Assembly (NCBI RefSeq): GCF_963921235.1
Contig: NC_086108.1
Location: 24,428,001 to 24,492,000 of the forward strand
From: Mobula hypostoma
Lineage: Eukaryota
Length of the DNA: 64,000 nt
Reading direction: 5' to 3'
In this document: in pieces, positions 62,800-64,000 of the stretch
Layout: every line of letters begins with the position of its first letter
Position numbering within the stretch: position 1 is the first letter of the stretch
The notes under the pieces: model-generated
What the model was told of the DNA's origin: nothing
What the model saw: the letters and a program-made list of their open reading frames with translations, nothing else
The model's database searches: none
Translations under genes and position numbers: made by a program

Positions 62800-64000
62800 C
62801 TGTCTAGTTACTTGTTAGACTGGATTCACTTATGGGCACTAGGTAAGTACACCAGGATTCCACCTCCTCCCCCCACCCACCGCCAATCAGAAAAAAATTA
62901 TTTTTATAAAAGTAAAGTGGCTTCATTTTGTCATTATGAAACTATATCATTATTTCAGTATTGTTTTTCATTAAATTCAATTCACAATCTGCATAGTAGA
63001 TTTATATCTCAAGTATTGCCAGCATTAATCCAGGATTATGGATTATAAATCTGAATTATCTGATCCAAGTACAAACAGGAAGCTTGGTGCACCATTTTTT
63101 CTTCTCTCTGGGCAACTTATTAAGTTATTGACATAGAGGGAAAATAGAGAATTAGTGAGAAATTATGAACAGGTGGATACTTTGTGAACTGCAGGTAAAT
63201 AACATTTTGCTCTTTTATGTACAGCAGGACTGGAAATCACTTGCAATTTACATCGGCAGTTTCTATGTACTGCAAATTGCAAATATCAGAAGGGAAAATA
63301 ACTAAAACGTCTGGTGCTTCCTGGAGGTGCATTCAGCACATTCCCAGAGAACTTTTCTACTTGTTTGCTTTAAGAAATTTCTTAGTTCTGTTTTTTTGCT
63401 CCCTGTAACACTGGTGAGAGTTTTTAAGTTTTCCTTTCACAGCTGGATGCAAATTTGAAATTGCTGGGTGCATTGCAGTTTAAAGTAAGCTTTTAAGATT
63501 TAATATTTGGGTAGGCACTGTTAATGCCCATGACAAAGGTAGTGTTTAAGAGTAATCAGCTAGAAACTTCCTTTATTATTAAGCAAATAGCAAGAAGCCT
63601 AGAACCTTGAAAAATACTTCCCCTTAAAATTAAATGAAACATTCACTGATAGGGTAAAAAAATAGCATGTTGTCATGAGTGCAACAAATTTTCTCCTCTA
63701 AACGCATTTACACTTACATCGTGGTACAACAATTATGCCAATATGAGGTAATTTATCATTTGCTTTACTATGTATCATTCACCTTCATGATTCCAGACCA
63801 GAGTAATGCAGCTCAGTGATTTGATGCTTAGGATGGAAAACCGATGTGACTTTGCTGGAGAATCAATTGTTGCAAACCATTGATTTACCGTTGAACTATG
63901 CACGGCTGTTTATTTGGAAATCCATGTGAGCGCAAGGATCAGTCTGAAGATTAGCTGCATGAACTAGGCTTCTCCGGAAAACAGTTCTCACTGCTGTTCA

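Overview
This is eukaryotic, repeat-rich vertebrate DNA. The repeat mix (CR1/HER1-type LINEs, V-SINEs, Penelope-like elements, Rex1/Babar-type LINEs, Tc1) points to a cartilaginous fish, probably a ray; that assignment is an inference. The only host coding sequence I can support is one 192-bp internal exon of astrotactin-1 (astn1) on the minus strand (46649-46840), so the window appears to be almost entirely very long astn1 intron. The introns contain: a young, 5'-truncated Neptune-type Penelope-like element (RT + GIY-YIG, 10-bp TSD, minimal hammerhead ribozyme); several TSD-flanked fold-back Penelope mini-insertions; a full-length decayed Tc1; two solo-LTR-like sequences; a bipartite RTE derivative; and MITEs. 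The most unusual element is a ~1.24-kb non-autonomous Helitron with no Rep/helicase that carries a self-contained mini-ORF of five 23-aa STPR-type repeats. Family names come from recalled motifs, not database searches. Boundaries of decayed repeats are approximate.
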